Assembly: GCA_963708135.1 (NCBI GenBank)
Contig: OY970192.1
Location: 1,664,001 to 1,728,000 of the forward strand
Reading direction: 5' to 3'
Length of the DNA stretch: 64,000 bases
Source of the DNA: an uncultured Gemmatimonadales bacterium
GTDB lineage: Bacteria; Gemmatimonadota; Gemmatimonadetes; Longimicrobiales; RSA9
The position numbers and the translations under genes are program-made. The notes beneath the pieces are model-generated. The model made no database searches. It saw nothing but the letters and a program-made list of their open reading frames with translations, and had not been told where the DNA came from. This document shows, one piece after another, positions 38,543 to 48,636 of the stretch (positions within the stretch are counted from its first letter, which is position 1; each line of letters begins with the position of its first letter).

Positions 38543-39771
38543 GAGCCGTGGACGCCGCGATCCGCGAGAGCACCGCGCCGGCTGACCGACGGCTGCTGGT
38601 CCTCAACACGGCGGCCCTCGTCCTGGCCTACGCCATCCCCCGCGCGCTCACGTTCGTGGCCGCGGTCGTAGCGGCCAGGGTGCTGGGCGCCGCCGTCTTC
38701 GGCGGCTTCACGACGGCCGCCGCGCTCGCCGTGCTGGCCAGCATCTTCGGCAGCCTGGGGCTCCAGCCGCTCCTCGTCCGCGAGATCGCGCGCGGCCCGG
38801 CCGATGCGCCGGCTCTCCTCGCGGCCGCCGACTCGGTCCGCGCGGCCGCCGTCGTGCTCATGGCGGCCGCGCTCCTCCTCGGCGTGCTCCTCCTGCACCT
38901 GCCCGCCCCGGTGGCCCTCGGCGCCGGCCTCCTCGGCGCGGGCTACGCCGTCGGCGGTTTCGTCGAGAACCGCGGCGCCTACTTCCAGGGCATCGAGCGC
39001 ATGCACGTCTGGACGCGGGCCAGCGCCCTCGTCGGCCTGGTCAGCGGCGTGCTGGGTACCCTCCTCGCCCTGGCCACCGGCAGCCTCGTGGCCTTCTGCG
39101 CCGCGCCCCTCGCCGGCCAGGGCGCGGCGCTCCTCTGGCTGCGCGGCCGTGCGCCGCGCGCCGGGAGCTCTCGCGCCCGCAGGCGCGCGCTCGTCCGCTC
39201 GCTCGCACCCTTCGCCGCGGCCTTCGTGGCCACCACCCTGTACTACCGGTCCGACGTGCTCCTGCTGGCGCGCTGGTGGCCCGCCCGCGAGGTGGGCCTC
39301 TACGGCGCCGCCCACCGGTTCCTCGACGTGGCGCAGGCGCTCGCGCTCGCGGCCGCCGGCGCGCTGCTCCCCCGCATGGCCCGCAGCCCGGGTGCGGGCG
39401 CCGCGATTGCCCGCCGCGCCCTGCTCCTCGGCTCGGCCGCCGCCGCCGCCGCGCTCCTGGCGCTGCGCGTGCCGGTGGTGCGCCTCCTGTACGGCTCCGA
39501 CTATGCCGCCGCGGCGCCGGTCCTGGCCCTGCTCGCGCCCGCCATCGTCCCGCTCTCGATCAACATGCTTGCGCTCGCCGCGCTCGCGGCCGCCGACCGC
39601 ATGGGCGCCGCGGCCCGCTCCTTCCTCATCGCCACGGTCCTGCTCCTCGCGCTCGACCTGTGGCTCGTCCCGCGCCACGGCGCCACGGGCGCCGCCGCGG
39701 CCGAGCTCGTGGCGGAGTCCGCGCTGGCTCTGCTGCTCGCCCGCGACGTCGCGCGCGCCGCCCGGCCATGA
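38539..39771 (+). CDS. Wzx-type oligosaccharide flippase
   Basis: ARVLG...FG, GLQPLLVREIAR, YYRSDVLLL, VGLYGAA, LVPRHGATGAAAA. Confidence 0.85.
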   Translation: MRAVDAAIRESTAPADRRLLVLNTAALVLAYAIPRALTFVAAVVAARVLGAAVFGGFTTAAALAVLASIFGSLGLQPLLVREIARGPADAPALLAAADSVRAAAVVLMAAALLLGVLLLHLPAPVALGAGLLGAGYAVGGFVENRGAYFQGIERMHVWTRASALVGLVSGVLGTLLALATGSLVAFCAAPLAGQGAALLWLRGRAPRAGSSRARRRALVRSLAPFAAAFVATTLYYRSDVLLLARWWPAREVGLYGAAHRFLDVAQALALAAAGALLPRMARSPGAGAAIARRALLLGSAAAAAALLALRVPVVRLLYGSDYAAAAPVLALLAPAIVPLSINMLALAALAAADRMGAAARSFLIATVLLLALDLWLVPRHGATGAAAAELVAESALALLLARDVARAARP

Positions 39772-40880
39772 GAGTCGCGTACCTCTCCAAGGCGCTCGTG
39801 ACGGCCGCCTACCGCGCCAAGCTCACCGCGCTGGCGTGCCACGTGGACGTCGCCGCCCTGGTCCCCGACCGCTGGGGAAGCGCGCCGGTCGAGCCGGTCC
39901 GGGCCGGCGAGCATCCCGTGCAGTTCCTGCCGGCATGGCTCCACGGTCACAACCACCTGCACGTGTACCACGGGCTGCGCCGCGCGCTCGACCGCCTGCG
40001 CCCCGACCTGCTGCACATCGACGAGGAGCCCTACAGCGCCGTCACGCTCCAGGCCGCCACGCTCGCCCGCCGGCGCGCCATCCCCTGCCTCTTCTTCTCC
40101 TGGCAGAACCTCGACAAGCGCCTGCCGCCGCCGTTCGGCCTGCTGCGCCGCCATGTGTTCGTCCGCGTCAACGGCGGCATCGCCGGCACGGCCGCCGCCG
40201 CGCGCGTGCTGCGCGCCCGCGGCTTTTCCGGCCCGCTCGCCGTCATCCCGCAGTTCGGCGTCGATCCCGACCGCTTCCGCCCCGATGCCCTGGCTCGCGC
40301 GCGCAGCAGGGCGGCGCTCGGGATCCCCCAGTCCGCCTTCGTGGTGGGCTTCGGCGGCCGCCTCGTGCGCGAGAAGGGCGTCGACCTCCTCGTGCGCGCC
40401 GTCGCCGCGACGCCGGGCGCGTGGCTGCTCCTCGCGGGCGCCGGACCGGAGCGGCCGGCGCTCGAGCGGCTGGCCGCGCAGCTCGGCGTGCGTCTCGTCG
40501 CGACCGGGCAGCTCCCGTCCACCCGCATGCCCCCCTTCCTCGCCGGCCTCGACGTCCTCGCGCTGCCGTCCCGCGCCACCGCCAGCTGGGCCGAGCAGTT
40601 CGGCCGCATCCTCGTCGAGGCCATGGCCTGCGGCATCCCCGTCGTCGCGTCCCGCTCCGGCGAGATCCCCGAGGTCGTCGGCGAGGCCGGGCTCCTCATC
40701 CCGGAAGGCGACGCCGCCGCCCTTGCCGCGGTTCTTGCCCGCCTCGCGGACGAGCCCGCGGCACGCGAGGCGCTCGGCCGCGCCGGCCGGGCCCGCGTGC
40801 TCGACCGGTTCACCCATCGGCGCGTCGTCGCCGACTCCGTCGAGTTCTACGAGCGGCTGCTCGACCGGAGGCGCCCGTGA
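39768..40880 (+). CDS. Glycosyltransferase family 4
   Basis: GRLVREKGVD, EQFGRILVEAMACGIPVV. Confidence 0.93.
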   Translation: MRVAYLSKALVTAAYRAKLTALACHVDVAALVPDRWGSAPVEPVRAGEHPVQFLPAWLHGHNHLHVYHGLRRALDRLRPDLLHIDEEPYSAVTLQAATLARRRAIPCLFFSWQNLDKRLPPPFGLLRRHVFVRVNGGIAGTAAAARVLRARGFSGPLAVIPQFGVDPDRFRPDALARARSRAALGIPQSAFVVGFGGRLVREKGVDLLVRAVAATPGAWLLLAGAGPERPALERLAAQLGVRLVATGQLPSTRMPPFLAGLDVLALPSRATASWAEQFGRILVEAMACGIPVVASRSGEIPEVVGEAGLLIPEGDAAALAAVLARLADEPAAREALGRAGRARVLDRFTHRRVVADSVEFYERLLDRRRP

Positions 40881-42280
40881 CCGGCCTGGCCGCCCTCCTG
40901 CCACCGCGCCGGCCCGCGCCCCTCGCCGCCGCGGCGCCGGCGCGCCGCGATCCCGACGCCGACCTGGCCCTCGCGGCATCCGCCGCGCTCGCCGCCGGCA
41001 CCGTGCTCGGCCTCGCCGGTGCCGCGGCCGGCGCGCTCCCGCTCGCCCTGGCCGGCGGCCTCCTCGCAGCCGCCGCGCTCACCGTGCTGCTCGCGGCCGG
41101 AACGCTCCCGATCACCGCCACGCTCGCGCTGGCCGCGCCGCTGCCGGCGCTCTACGCCTCCGGCACCGTCCGCGTGGCCGCCGTTGCCCCGGTGGCGGCA
41201 ATCGCGCTGGTGGCCTGGTGCATCCGGCGCGGCGCCGACCGCGCCCCCCTGCGAGCGGGCCAGCTCCCGCTGCGGCCGCTTCTCGCCCTCGCGCTCTCCT
41301 TCCTGCTCGCGACCGCCTTCGCGGACCACGTCCTCCTCGGCGTCCGCGAGTCCCTCGACTTCCTCGTGCTCCTCGCGCTGCTCCTGGCCGCGACGGACGA
41401 GCTGGCCCGGCGCCCGGGCGCTCGTCACGTCCTCGTCGATACCCTCGTCGGAGCCGCCGGCGTGTGCGGTGCGCTCGCCGTGCTCGAGGCGGTCGGCGTG
41501 CTGCCGAACGCCTTCCCGCGCTGGGGCACGCCGTACCACCGCGCGGCGCTCGGCTTCGGCCAGCCGAACAACCTCGGCCTGTTCCTGGCTCTCGTCCTGC
41601 CGCTCGCGGCGCACCGCCTCGCCCGGAGCCGCGGCCCCGGCCGCGCCCTCGCCGGCGCCGCGCTCGCCGCCACGGCGGTCGGCCTCGTGGCCACCTTCTC
41701 CCGCACGAGCTGGCTCTCCGTGCTCGCGGCCGCCGCGGCGCTCGTGCTGATCGGCGAGTGGCGCCTCTTCCTGCGCGTCGGCCTGGCCGTCCTGGCGGCC
41801 GCGGTCGTCGTCGAGCTCGGCTCGGGCGGGATGCTGAGCGACACCTTCGCCCGCACGATCGGCGACTGGGTGGTCGAGCAGCGTGCCGCCCTCTTCCTGG
41901 CCGCGGCGCACATGTTCGCCGCCCATCCCCTCGTCGGCCTCGGCCCTGGCGGTTTCGCGGACCAGGTCGAGCGCTACGCGGCCGGGCTCATCGACCTCTG
42001 GGACCTTCAGGCCACGCCGCACGACGCCTACATCCAGATGGCCGCGGAGACCGGCGTGATCGGGCTGCTCGCCTTCCTCGGCTTCCTGTTCGGCGTGCTG
42101 CGCGTCGCCGCCCGCCGCACCCGCGCCGCGGCGCCGTCCGAGCGCGGGCTCCGGCTGGCGCTCTTCGCCTCGACCGTGGTGCTCGCCGTCCAGTGCATCG
42201 GCATCTGGCCCTTCAGCCACGGGACCGGGGAGGCCGCGGCGCTGATCCTGGCGCTCGTGTGCGCGGACGGGACGCCATGA
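40877..42280 (+). CDS. Wzy/O-antigen ligase family polymerase
   Basis: FGQPNNLG, TFSRTSW, HPLVGLGPGGF, PHDAYIQMAAETGVIG. Confidence 0.88.
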   Translation: MTGLAALLPPRRPAPLAAAAPARRDPDADLALAASAALAAGTVLGLAGAAAGALPLALAGGLLAAAALTVLLAAGTLPITATLALAAPLPALYASGTVRVAAVAPVAAIALVAWCIRRGADRAPLRAGQLPLRPLLALALSFLLATAFADHVLLGVRESLDFLVLLALLLAATDELARRPGARHVLVDTLVGAAGVCGALAVLEAVGVLPNAFPRWGTPYHRAALGFGQPNNLGLFLALVLPLAAHRLARSRGPGRALAGAALAATAVGLVATFSRTSWLSVLAAAAALVLIGEWRLFLRVGLAVLAAAVVVELGSGGMLSDTFARTIGDWVVEQRAALFLAAAHMFAAHPLVGLGPGGFADQVERYAAGLIDLWDLQATPHDAYIQMAAETGVIGLLAFLGFLFGVLRVAARRTRAAAPSERGLRLALFASTVVLAVQCIGIWPFSHGTGEAAALILALVCADGTP

Positions 42281-43401
42281 TCCTCGGCGTGAACGGCCGC
42301 TTCTACGCCGCGCCCGTGACCGGCGTGCAGCGCTTCGCCCGCGAGGTGGCCGGCCGCCTGCTCCGCAGCCATGCGACGGTGCTCTTCCTCCCCGCCGACG
42401 CGCCTCCGCCCGCGGGGCTCGCGCCGGAGACGCGCGTGGTCCTGGGTCGCCTGCGCGGGCACGTTTGGGAGCAGCTCGAGTTGCCAAGCCAGGCCCGCGC
42501 CCTCGGCTGCTCCGTCCTGCTCCACCTCGCGGGGACCGCGCCGCTCGCCCGCACGGGCGACGTCCTCGTGATCCACGATGTGTTGCCGCTCACCGATCCT
42601 GCGTGGTTCGGCCGCCGCTTCCGCGCCTGGCGCCGCCTGGTGCTCCGCCGGGCCGCGCCGCGCGCCGGCCGCATCGTCACGGTGTCCGCGTGGGCGGCGG
42701 ACGAGATCGCGCGCTCGCTGCGGGTCGCGCCGCGTCGCATCACAGTGGCGCCCCAGGGGCTCGCCCCCTTCGACCACCCCGCGCCGGCCGCCGCCGTCGC
42801 GGCGGCGCGTGCGCGCCTCGGCCTCGACGGCCCGTTCCTGCTCGCCATCGGCGCGGCCGATCCGCGCAAGAACCTCCGCTTCCTGGCCCGCGTGCTCCTG
42901 CGCTGGCGCGAGCGCGGCGCCGATCCGCCCCCGCTCGTCGTGGCCGGCGGCGCGCCCGCCCGCCTGTTCGCGGCCGCGGGAGACTGGGCCGCCGGCCTCG
43001 ACGTCCGGACCCTCGGCCGGTTGGACGATGCCACCCTCCACGCCCTCTACACTGCCGCCGCCGCGCTCTGCCACCCCGCGCACGCGGAGGGCTTCGGTCG
43101 GCCCCCACTCGAGGCGCTCGCCTGCGGCACGCCCGCCGTGGTGGCCGACTACGCCTGCGCCCGCGAGGTGCTCGGCGGCGCCGCGTGCATCCTGCCGCTC
43201 GAGCCGGACCGCTGGGTGGACGCCCTCGCGCCGCTCGCCGCCACCGCTCGCGCGGACCGCGCGACGCCGGGCGCCCCCGCCGCGCCGCCCGCGTGCCCGC
43301 TCCCTCCCGCCGCCCGCGCGAGCTGGGATGCCGCCGCCGCCGCCGTCCTCGACGCCTGCCGCGCCGCCGCCGCGGAGCGGCTCGGGAACGGGAGGCCGTG
43401 A
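42277..43401 (+). CDS. Glycosyltransferase family 4
   Basis: TGVQRFARE, WEQ..LP, PRKNL, EGFGRPPLEALACGTP. Confidence 0.92.
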   Translation: MILGVNGRFYAAPVTGVQRFAREVAGRLLRSHATVLFLPADAPPPAGLAPETRVVLGRLRGHVWEQLELPSQARALGCSVLLHLAGTAPLARTGDVLVIHDVLPLTDPAWFGRRFRAWRRLVLRRAAPRAGRIVTVSAWAADEIARSLRVAPRRITVAPQGLAPFDHPAPAAAVAAARARLGLDGPFLLAIGAADPRKNLRFLARVLLRWRERGADPPPLVVAGGAPARLFAAAGDWAAGLDVRTLGRLDDATLHALYTAAAALCHPAHAEGFGRPPLEALACGTPAVVADYACAREVLGGAACILPLEPDRWVDALAPLAATARADRATPGAPAAPPACPLPPAARASWDAAAAAVLDACRAAAAERLGNGRP

Positions 43402-44618
43402 TGCGCGTGGCCCTCGTGCACGACTGGCTGACCGGCATGCGCGGCGGGGAGCGCGTTCTCGAGGCGCTGATCTCGCTCTTCCCCGCGAGCGAGATCTTCA
43501 CGCTCTTCCACCTGCCCGGCAGCGTCTCCGCGGCGATCGAGGCGAGGCCGATCCACACCTCCTTCCTCCAGGCCGCGCCGGGCCTCGCGCGCGGATACCG
43601 CCGCTGGCTGCCGCTCTTCCCGCTCGCCGCCCGCGCGCTCCCCATCGAGGGCTTCGACCTGGTCGTTTCGAGCAGCCACTGCGTGGCCGCCGCCGTCCGG
43701 ACCGGCGGCACCCCGCACCTCTGCTACTGCCACACGCCGATGCGCTACGCCTGGGAGCCGATCGACCCCTACCTCCCATCACGCGGCCGCCGCGCCCTGC
43801 GTCCCGCCGCCAGCCTTGCCTCGGCCGCGCTGCGCCGCTGGGATGCCGCGGCCGCGCGCGGGGTGGACGCCTTCATCGCCAACTCCGCGAACGTACGCGA
43901 GCGGATCCACCGCGCCTACGGCCGCGCCGCCGCCGTGGTCCACCCGGGCGTGGAGCTCGGCCGCTTCGCCGCGCCGCGTGCGCCGGAGGACTTCTACCTC
44001 GTGCTCGGCGCGCTCGTCCCGTACAAGCGCGTGGACCTCGCCATCCGGGCGTGCGCCCTGCTCGGGCGCCGCCTGCTCGTGGCCGGCGTCGGCCCCCACG
44101 AGAAGCGCCTGCGCGCCATGGCCGGCCCCGGGACGGAGCTCCTCGGCCGCGTCTCCGACCTCGAGGCCGCGGACCTCTACGCCCGCTGCCGCGCACTGCT
44201 CCTCCCGGGCGTGGAGGACTTCGGCATCACGCCCGTCGAGGCCCACGCCGCCGGCGCGCCCGTCCTGGCCCTCGCCGCGGGCGGCGCCCTCGAGACCGTG
44301 GCCGGCCCCGTGCTGGACGCCGCCGGCCGCGTCCTGCGTGTCCACGACCCCGCCGGCTCCGGACCCACCGGCGTGCTGTTCGACCAGCCGGCGCCCGCGG
44401 CGCTGGCCGCCGCCATCCTCGCCGCCGAGCGCATGCGCTTCCCGGAGGCGACGCTGCGCGCGAGCGCCGCCCGCTTCTCTCCCGCCCGCTTCGCCGCCGG
44501 GATCCTCGCGGCCGTGGACCGGCTCGTGGAAGCGGCCCCCGAGCGGCGCGATGGCAGGGCACGGCCACGGCCGGCCACGACCGGCGGCAGGGACGGCCTC
44601 GCGGCGGGGGCCGCATGA
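43401..44618 (+). CDS. Glycosyltransferase family 4
   Basis: RVALVHDWLTGMRGGERVL, YCHTPMRYAW, VPYKRVDL, EDFGITPVEA. Confidence 0.93.
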   Translation: MRVALVHDWLTGMRGGERVLEALISLFPASEIFTLFHLPGSVSAAIEARPIHTSFLQAAPGLARGYRRWLPLFPLAARALPIEGFDLVVSSSHCVAAAVRTGGTPHLCYCHTPMRYAWEPIDPYLPSRGRRALRPAASLASAALRRWDAAAARGVDAFIANSANVRERIHRAYGRAAAVVHPGVELGRFAAPRAPEDFYLVLGALVPYKRVDLAIRACALLGRRLLVAGVGPHEKRLRAMAGPGTELLGRVSDLEAADLYARCRALLLPGVEDFGITPVEAHAAGAPVLALAAGGALETVAGPVLDAAGRVLRVHDPAGSGPTGVLFDQPAPAALAAAILAAERMRFPEATLRASAARFSPARFAAGILAAVDRLVEAAPERRDGRARPRPATTGGRDGLAAGAA

Positions 44619-45757
44619 GACCGCTGCGCGTGGTCCACGTGGGCTGCGAGCTCGATCGCGACCGCCGGGGAGGCGTGGACCTCCTCGAGGCGTGGCCCAC
44701 GCTGCCCGCGGTGGCGGTGGCCGTGAGGGACGCGGGCGTGGAGGTGTCCGTGGTCCAGGCGGCGCATCGCGACGGGATCGTTCGGCGCGGCGGCGTCGTC
44801 TTCCACTTCGTGGCCGAGCCGGCGCTCTGCCGAATTCCGGGCACCCGCGGCGCGGCGGGACGCCTCCCGCTCCGGCTGGCCCGGACGGTGGCCCGGCTGC
44901 GTCCGGATCTGCTCCACCTCCACGGCCTGGCCTTCCCGCTCCACGCCGCGCTGCTCGCCCGCCTCGGCGTGCCGCTGCTCGCGCAGGATCACGCCGACCG
45001 GCCGCCACGCCGCTGGCGCGCCGTACACCGGCGCGGCCACGCGCGCCTGTCCGCCGCCGCGTTCACTGCCCGCGAACAGGCCGACCCCTTCTTCGACGCG
45101 GGGCTCCTCGCACCCGGGACGCCGGTGCTCGAGATCCCGGAATCCTCCAGCGCCTTCACGGCCGGCAGCCGGCGGGCGAGCCGCGCCGCGGCCGGCCTCC
45201 ACGGCGATCCGGCCGTGCTCTGGATCGGCCGGCTCGACGCCGACAAGGACCCGCTCACCGCGCTGGCCGCCTTCCGCCTCGCCGCGCCGCTGCTCCCCGA
45301 TGCACACCTCTGGTGCTGCTTCGGCGCGGAGTCGCTGCTGCCGGCCGTGTGCGCGCGCGTCGCCGCCGATCCCGTCCTCGGCGCCCGCGTCCACCTGCTC
45401 GGCCGCGTGCCGCCCGAGAACGTCGAGATGCTCTGCCGGGCGGCCGACCTGTTCCTCACGACCAGCCGGCGCGAGAGCGCGGGCTATGCGCTGCTCGAGG
45501 CGCTCGCCTGCGGCTGCGCCCCCGTCGCGAGCGACATCCCGGCCGTACGCGCCCTCACCGGCCGCGGCAGAATCGGCTGGCTCGCGCCCGCCGGAGATGC
45601 GCCCGCCTTCGCCCGGGCGCTCCTCGCCGCCGCGACCGCGGACCGCTGCGCGTGCCGCCGCCTCGTGCTCGACCACTTCGCGCACCGCCTCTCGTTCTCC
45701 GCCCTCGGCGCGAGCCTCGCCGCTGCCTACGAGGATCTCGCGGGAGCCCACCGATGA
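44615..45757 (+). CDS. Glycosyltransferase family 4
   Basis: WIGRLDADKD, ESAGYALLEALACG. Confidence 0.9.
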   Translation: MRPLRVVHVGCELDRDRRGGVDLLEAWPTLPAVAVAVRDAGVEVSVVQAAHRDGIVRRGGVVFHFVAEPALCRIPGTRGAAGRLPLRLARTVARLRPDLLHLHGLAFPLHAALLARLGVPLLAQDHADRPPRRWRAVHRRGHARLSAAAFTAREQADPFFDAGLLAPGTPVLEIPESSSAFTAGSRRASRAAAGLHGDPAVLWIGRLDADKDPLTALAAFRLAAPLLPDAHLWCCFGAESLLPAVCARVAADPVLGARVHLLGRVPPENVEMLCRAADLFLTTSRRESAGYALLEALACGCAPVASDIPAVRALTGRGRIGWLAPAGDAPAFARALLAAATADRCACRRLVLDHFAHRLSFSALGASLAAAYEDLAGAHR

Positions 45758-46887
45758 AGGTCGCCCTGCTCGTGCCCGGCGGCGTGGACCGCGGCGGGAC
45801 CCACCGCGTCATCCCCTGCCTGCTCTGGCTGATCGAGCGCCTCGCAGCCGCCGGGATCGAGCTCCACGTCTTCGCCCACGCCCAGGAGCCCCGCCCGGGG
45901 CACTGGATGCTGCTCGGCGCCCGCGTCCACAACGCCGGCCGGCGCCCCAGGCGGCTGCGTATGCTCGCGGACATCCTGGCCGAGCACCGGCGCGCACCCT
46001 TCGACGTGCTGCACGCCGTCTGGGCGGCGCCCTCCGGCACCGTGGCCGGCCTCGCCCGGGCGCTCACCGGCGTCCCCGTCCTGCTGCACCTCACCGGCGG
46101 GGATCTCGCCGACCTGCCGGAGATCGGCTACGGCGTGCGCGCACGGCTGCGCGGACGTGCCTGGCTCCGCCTCGCCGTCGCGGGCGCCGACCGCATCACG
46201 GTCCCCAGCGGCTTCATGCTCCGCCGCGCCGGCGAGCTCGGCATCCCCGCCCGCACGCTCACGTACGGCGTCGCACTCGACCGCTGGCCGCCCCTGCCGC
46301 CGCGCCGGCGAGCGCCGTTCGCCCCTGCCCGTATCCTCCACGTGGCCAGCCTCAACCGCGTCAAGGACCAGGAGACGCTGCTCCGCGCCGCCGCCGAGCT
46401 GCGCACCCGCGGCATCGATTTCCACCTCGATATCGTCGGCGAGGACACCCTCGGCGGGGAGGTACAGCGGCGGTGCGCGGCGCTCGGCCTGGCGGACCGC
46501 ACCACCTTCCACGGGTTCCTTCCGCACACAGCCCTCCGGCCCCTCGTGGAGGCCGCTGACCTGCTGCTCCTCTCTTCCCGCCACGAGGCCGACCCGATCG
46601 CGCTGCTCGAGGCGGCCGTCGCCGGCGTGCCCGCCGTCGGCACCGCCGTCGGCCATCTCGCCGACTGGGCGCCCGACGCCGCCCTCGCCGCGCCGCTCGG
46701 CGACGCGCCCGCCCTAGCCGCCGCCGCCGCCGCGCTGCTGCGCTGCGAGGACCGCCGCCTCGCCATTGCCGCCGCCGCCCAGCGCCGCGCCCGCGCCGTC
46801 GATGCCGACCATACCTTCGCCCAGGTCCTGGACGCCTACATCCGCCTCGCCCGCACTCGAACCCGCGCCTCCGCGCCCCGCCAATGA
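45754..46887 (+). CDS. Glycosyltransferase family 4
   Basis: ASLNRVKDQ, SRHEADPIALLEAAVAGVP.VGT.VG. Confidence 0.9.
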   Translation: MKVALLVPGGVDRGGTHRVIPCLLWLIERLAAAGIELHVFAHAQEPRPGHWMLLGARVHNAGRRPRRLRMLADILAEHRRAPFDVLHAVWAAPSGTVAGLARALTGVPVLLHLTGGDLADLPEIGYGVRARLRGRAWLRLAVAGADRITVPSGFMLRRAGELGIPARTLTYGVALDRWPPLPPRRRAPFAPARILHVASLNRVKDQETLLRAAAELRTRGIDFHLDIVGEDTLGGEVQRRCAALGLADRTTFHGFLPHTALRPLVEAADLLLLSSRHEADPIALLEAAVAGVPAVGTAVGHLADWAPDAALAAPLGDAPALAAAAAALLRCEDRRLAIAAAAQRRARAVDADHTFAQVLDAYIRLARTRTRASAPRQ

Positions 46888-47245
46888 AATCACGGTGCTT
46901 TTACGCCCCCGCCCTTCTGTCCCGGCCGGACGGCGCCCCGACGCCGGACCATCCCGCCACGCTCCGGACCACGTGCCGAGCCGGCATCGACCCGGCTCGC
47001 GCCTGCGGACCCCGCCTCGACTACGGCCTTCTCTTCCTCCGCATCGTCCTCGGCGTCGGCACCGCCCGCGACGCCGACCCCTTCCTCCATCCGCGCTGAC
47101 CCGCCCGGCCGCCCACCCCTCCGCGCCGGAACCCTTTCCGCCCGCCGGTGGTTGTATCAATTCGGGACACCATGAAACCTTCGAATGTGCGAGGCCGGCC
47201 GCTCCCCCGACGCGAGCCCACGGTCCGGCGCAGAAGGAGATCCCC

Positions 47246-48580
47246 CTGGCAGCTCCAGTGCTCGCCGTTCTCGCGAGAACCGACGCGTTCGAGCGTGTCT
47301 GGCAGGGCCTTGCCGAATCCTCCGGCGGCCGCCTCTGCCTCGCGGCGAGCGCGGACGAGCTGCCGCCCGCGGGCGAGGCCGCGGGCACGATCGTAGGCGT
47401 GGCCGGGGAGGAGTCCTGCGCGGCGGAGGCGGTGGGCGAGGCCCGCGCGCGCGGGGCGACGGAGATCGTGGTGGTTGGCGCCGCCACGGAACACCGGCCG
47501 GCCGTGGCGGCCATCCGCGCCGGCGCCTCCAACTACTTCGTCCTGCCCGCGGAGCTCGAGGCGCTGCGCGCCTGGTGCGCCGAGCGGGTCGAGCGCGTCC
47601 GCGGGCGCGAGCGCGTGGCCGCCCTCGCCGCCCGCGAGCGCTCCAGGTACGACTTCTCGCAGCTCATCGGGGAGAGCCCCGCCCTGCGCGAGGCCCTCGA
47701 CCGCGCCGCCAGCATCATCGACCGCGGCAGCGCCACCATCCTCATCACCGGCGAGACCGGCACCGGCAAGGAGCTCCTCGCCCAGGCGATCCACTACAAC
47801 GGGCCCCGCGCCTCGCAGCCCTTCGTCGAGATCAACTGCACCGCGCTCCCCGCCACCCTGCTCGAGGCCGAGCTCTTCGGCTACGAGAAGGGCGCCTTCA
47901 CCGACGCACGCGCCGCCAAGCCCGGCCTCTTCGAGGCGGCCGACGGCGGCACCCTCTTCCTGGACGAGATCGGCGACCTCTCCCTCGAGCTCCAGGCCAA
48001 GCTCCTCAAGGTGCTCGAGGACCGGGAGGTCCGCCGCCTCGGAAGCCTCCGCAGCCGCCGCGTCGATGTCCGCCTGGTCACCGCCACGCATCGCGACATC
48101 CACGCCGCCGTCCACGAGGGCGGCTTCCGGCAGGACCTCTTCTTCCGCCTCGCCGTCATCCCGATACACCTTCCGCCGCTCCGCGACCGCGGCGACGATG
48201 TGATCCTGCTGGCCCGGCACTTCGTCGATCGCTTCGCCACCGAGTACGACCTCGACCGCCCCGCCATCACCCCCGCCCTCGCCGCCATCCTGCGCGCCCA
48301 CCCATGGCCCGGCAACGTGCGCGAGCTCCGCAACGCCATCGAGCGCGCCATCCTCCTCGGCCGCGGCCGCATCCAGCCCGAGCACCTCTTCATGGAGGGG
48401 GCGACGACTCCCGCCGCCCACGCCGACGCCGTCCTCCCCTTCCCGGCCACCCTCGACCGCATCGACGCCGCAGCCGCCCGCGCCATGCTCGACCACTGCG
48501 AGGGCAACAAGCGCGCGGCCGCCCAGGCCCTCGCCATCAGCCGCTCCCGTCTCTACCGCCTCCTCGAGCGCCCGGAGTAG
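47246..48580 (+). CDS. Sigma54-dependent enhancer-binding protein (Fis-type HTH) with degenerate receiver-like N-terminus
   Basis: GETGTGKE, ELFGYEKGAFTDA, LFLDEIG, FRQDLFFRL, WPGNVREL, GNKRAAAQALAISRSRLYR. Start (CTG 47246 or GTG 47258) inferred from the AAGGAG RBS. Confidence 0.95.
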   Translation: MAAPVLAVLARTDAFERVWQGLAESSGGRLCLAASADELPPAGEAAGTIVGVAGEESCAAEAVGEARARGATEIVVVGAATEHRPAVAAIRAGASNYFVLPAELEALRAWCAERVERVRGRERVAALAARERSRYDFSQLIGESPALREALDRAASIIDRGSATILITGETGTGKELLAQAIHYNGPRASQPFVEINCTALPATLLEAELFGYEKGAFTDARAAKPGLFEAADGGTLFLDEIGDLSLELQAKLLKVLEDREVRRLGSLRSRRVDVRLVTATHRDIHAAVHEGGFRQDLFFRLAVIPIHLPPLRDRGDDVILLARHFVDRFATEYDLDRPAITPALAAILRAHPWPGNVRELRNAIERAILLGRGRIQPEHLFMEGATTPAAHADAVLPFPATLDRIDAAAARAMLDHCEGNKRAAAQALAISRSRLYRLLERPE

Positions 48581-48636
48581 TGGACCGCATCGGGTCGGCG
48601 ATCCGCGCCCTGCATGATGCTTCCGGACCCGTCTCC

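Noticed and set aside
38804..46887. Giant ORFs over 1000 aa suggesting multidomain fusions in the EPS operon
   Set aside because: Each resolves into a normal-sized gene starting at an ATGA/GTGA overlap; the upstream parts are off-frame read-through.
46884..47099. 71-aa ORF overlapping the last GT4 stop
   Set aside because: Only a short DoxX-like stretch (DYGLLFLRIVLG) is recognisable. It may be a remnant, but support is too weak to call.
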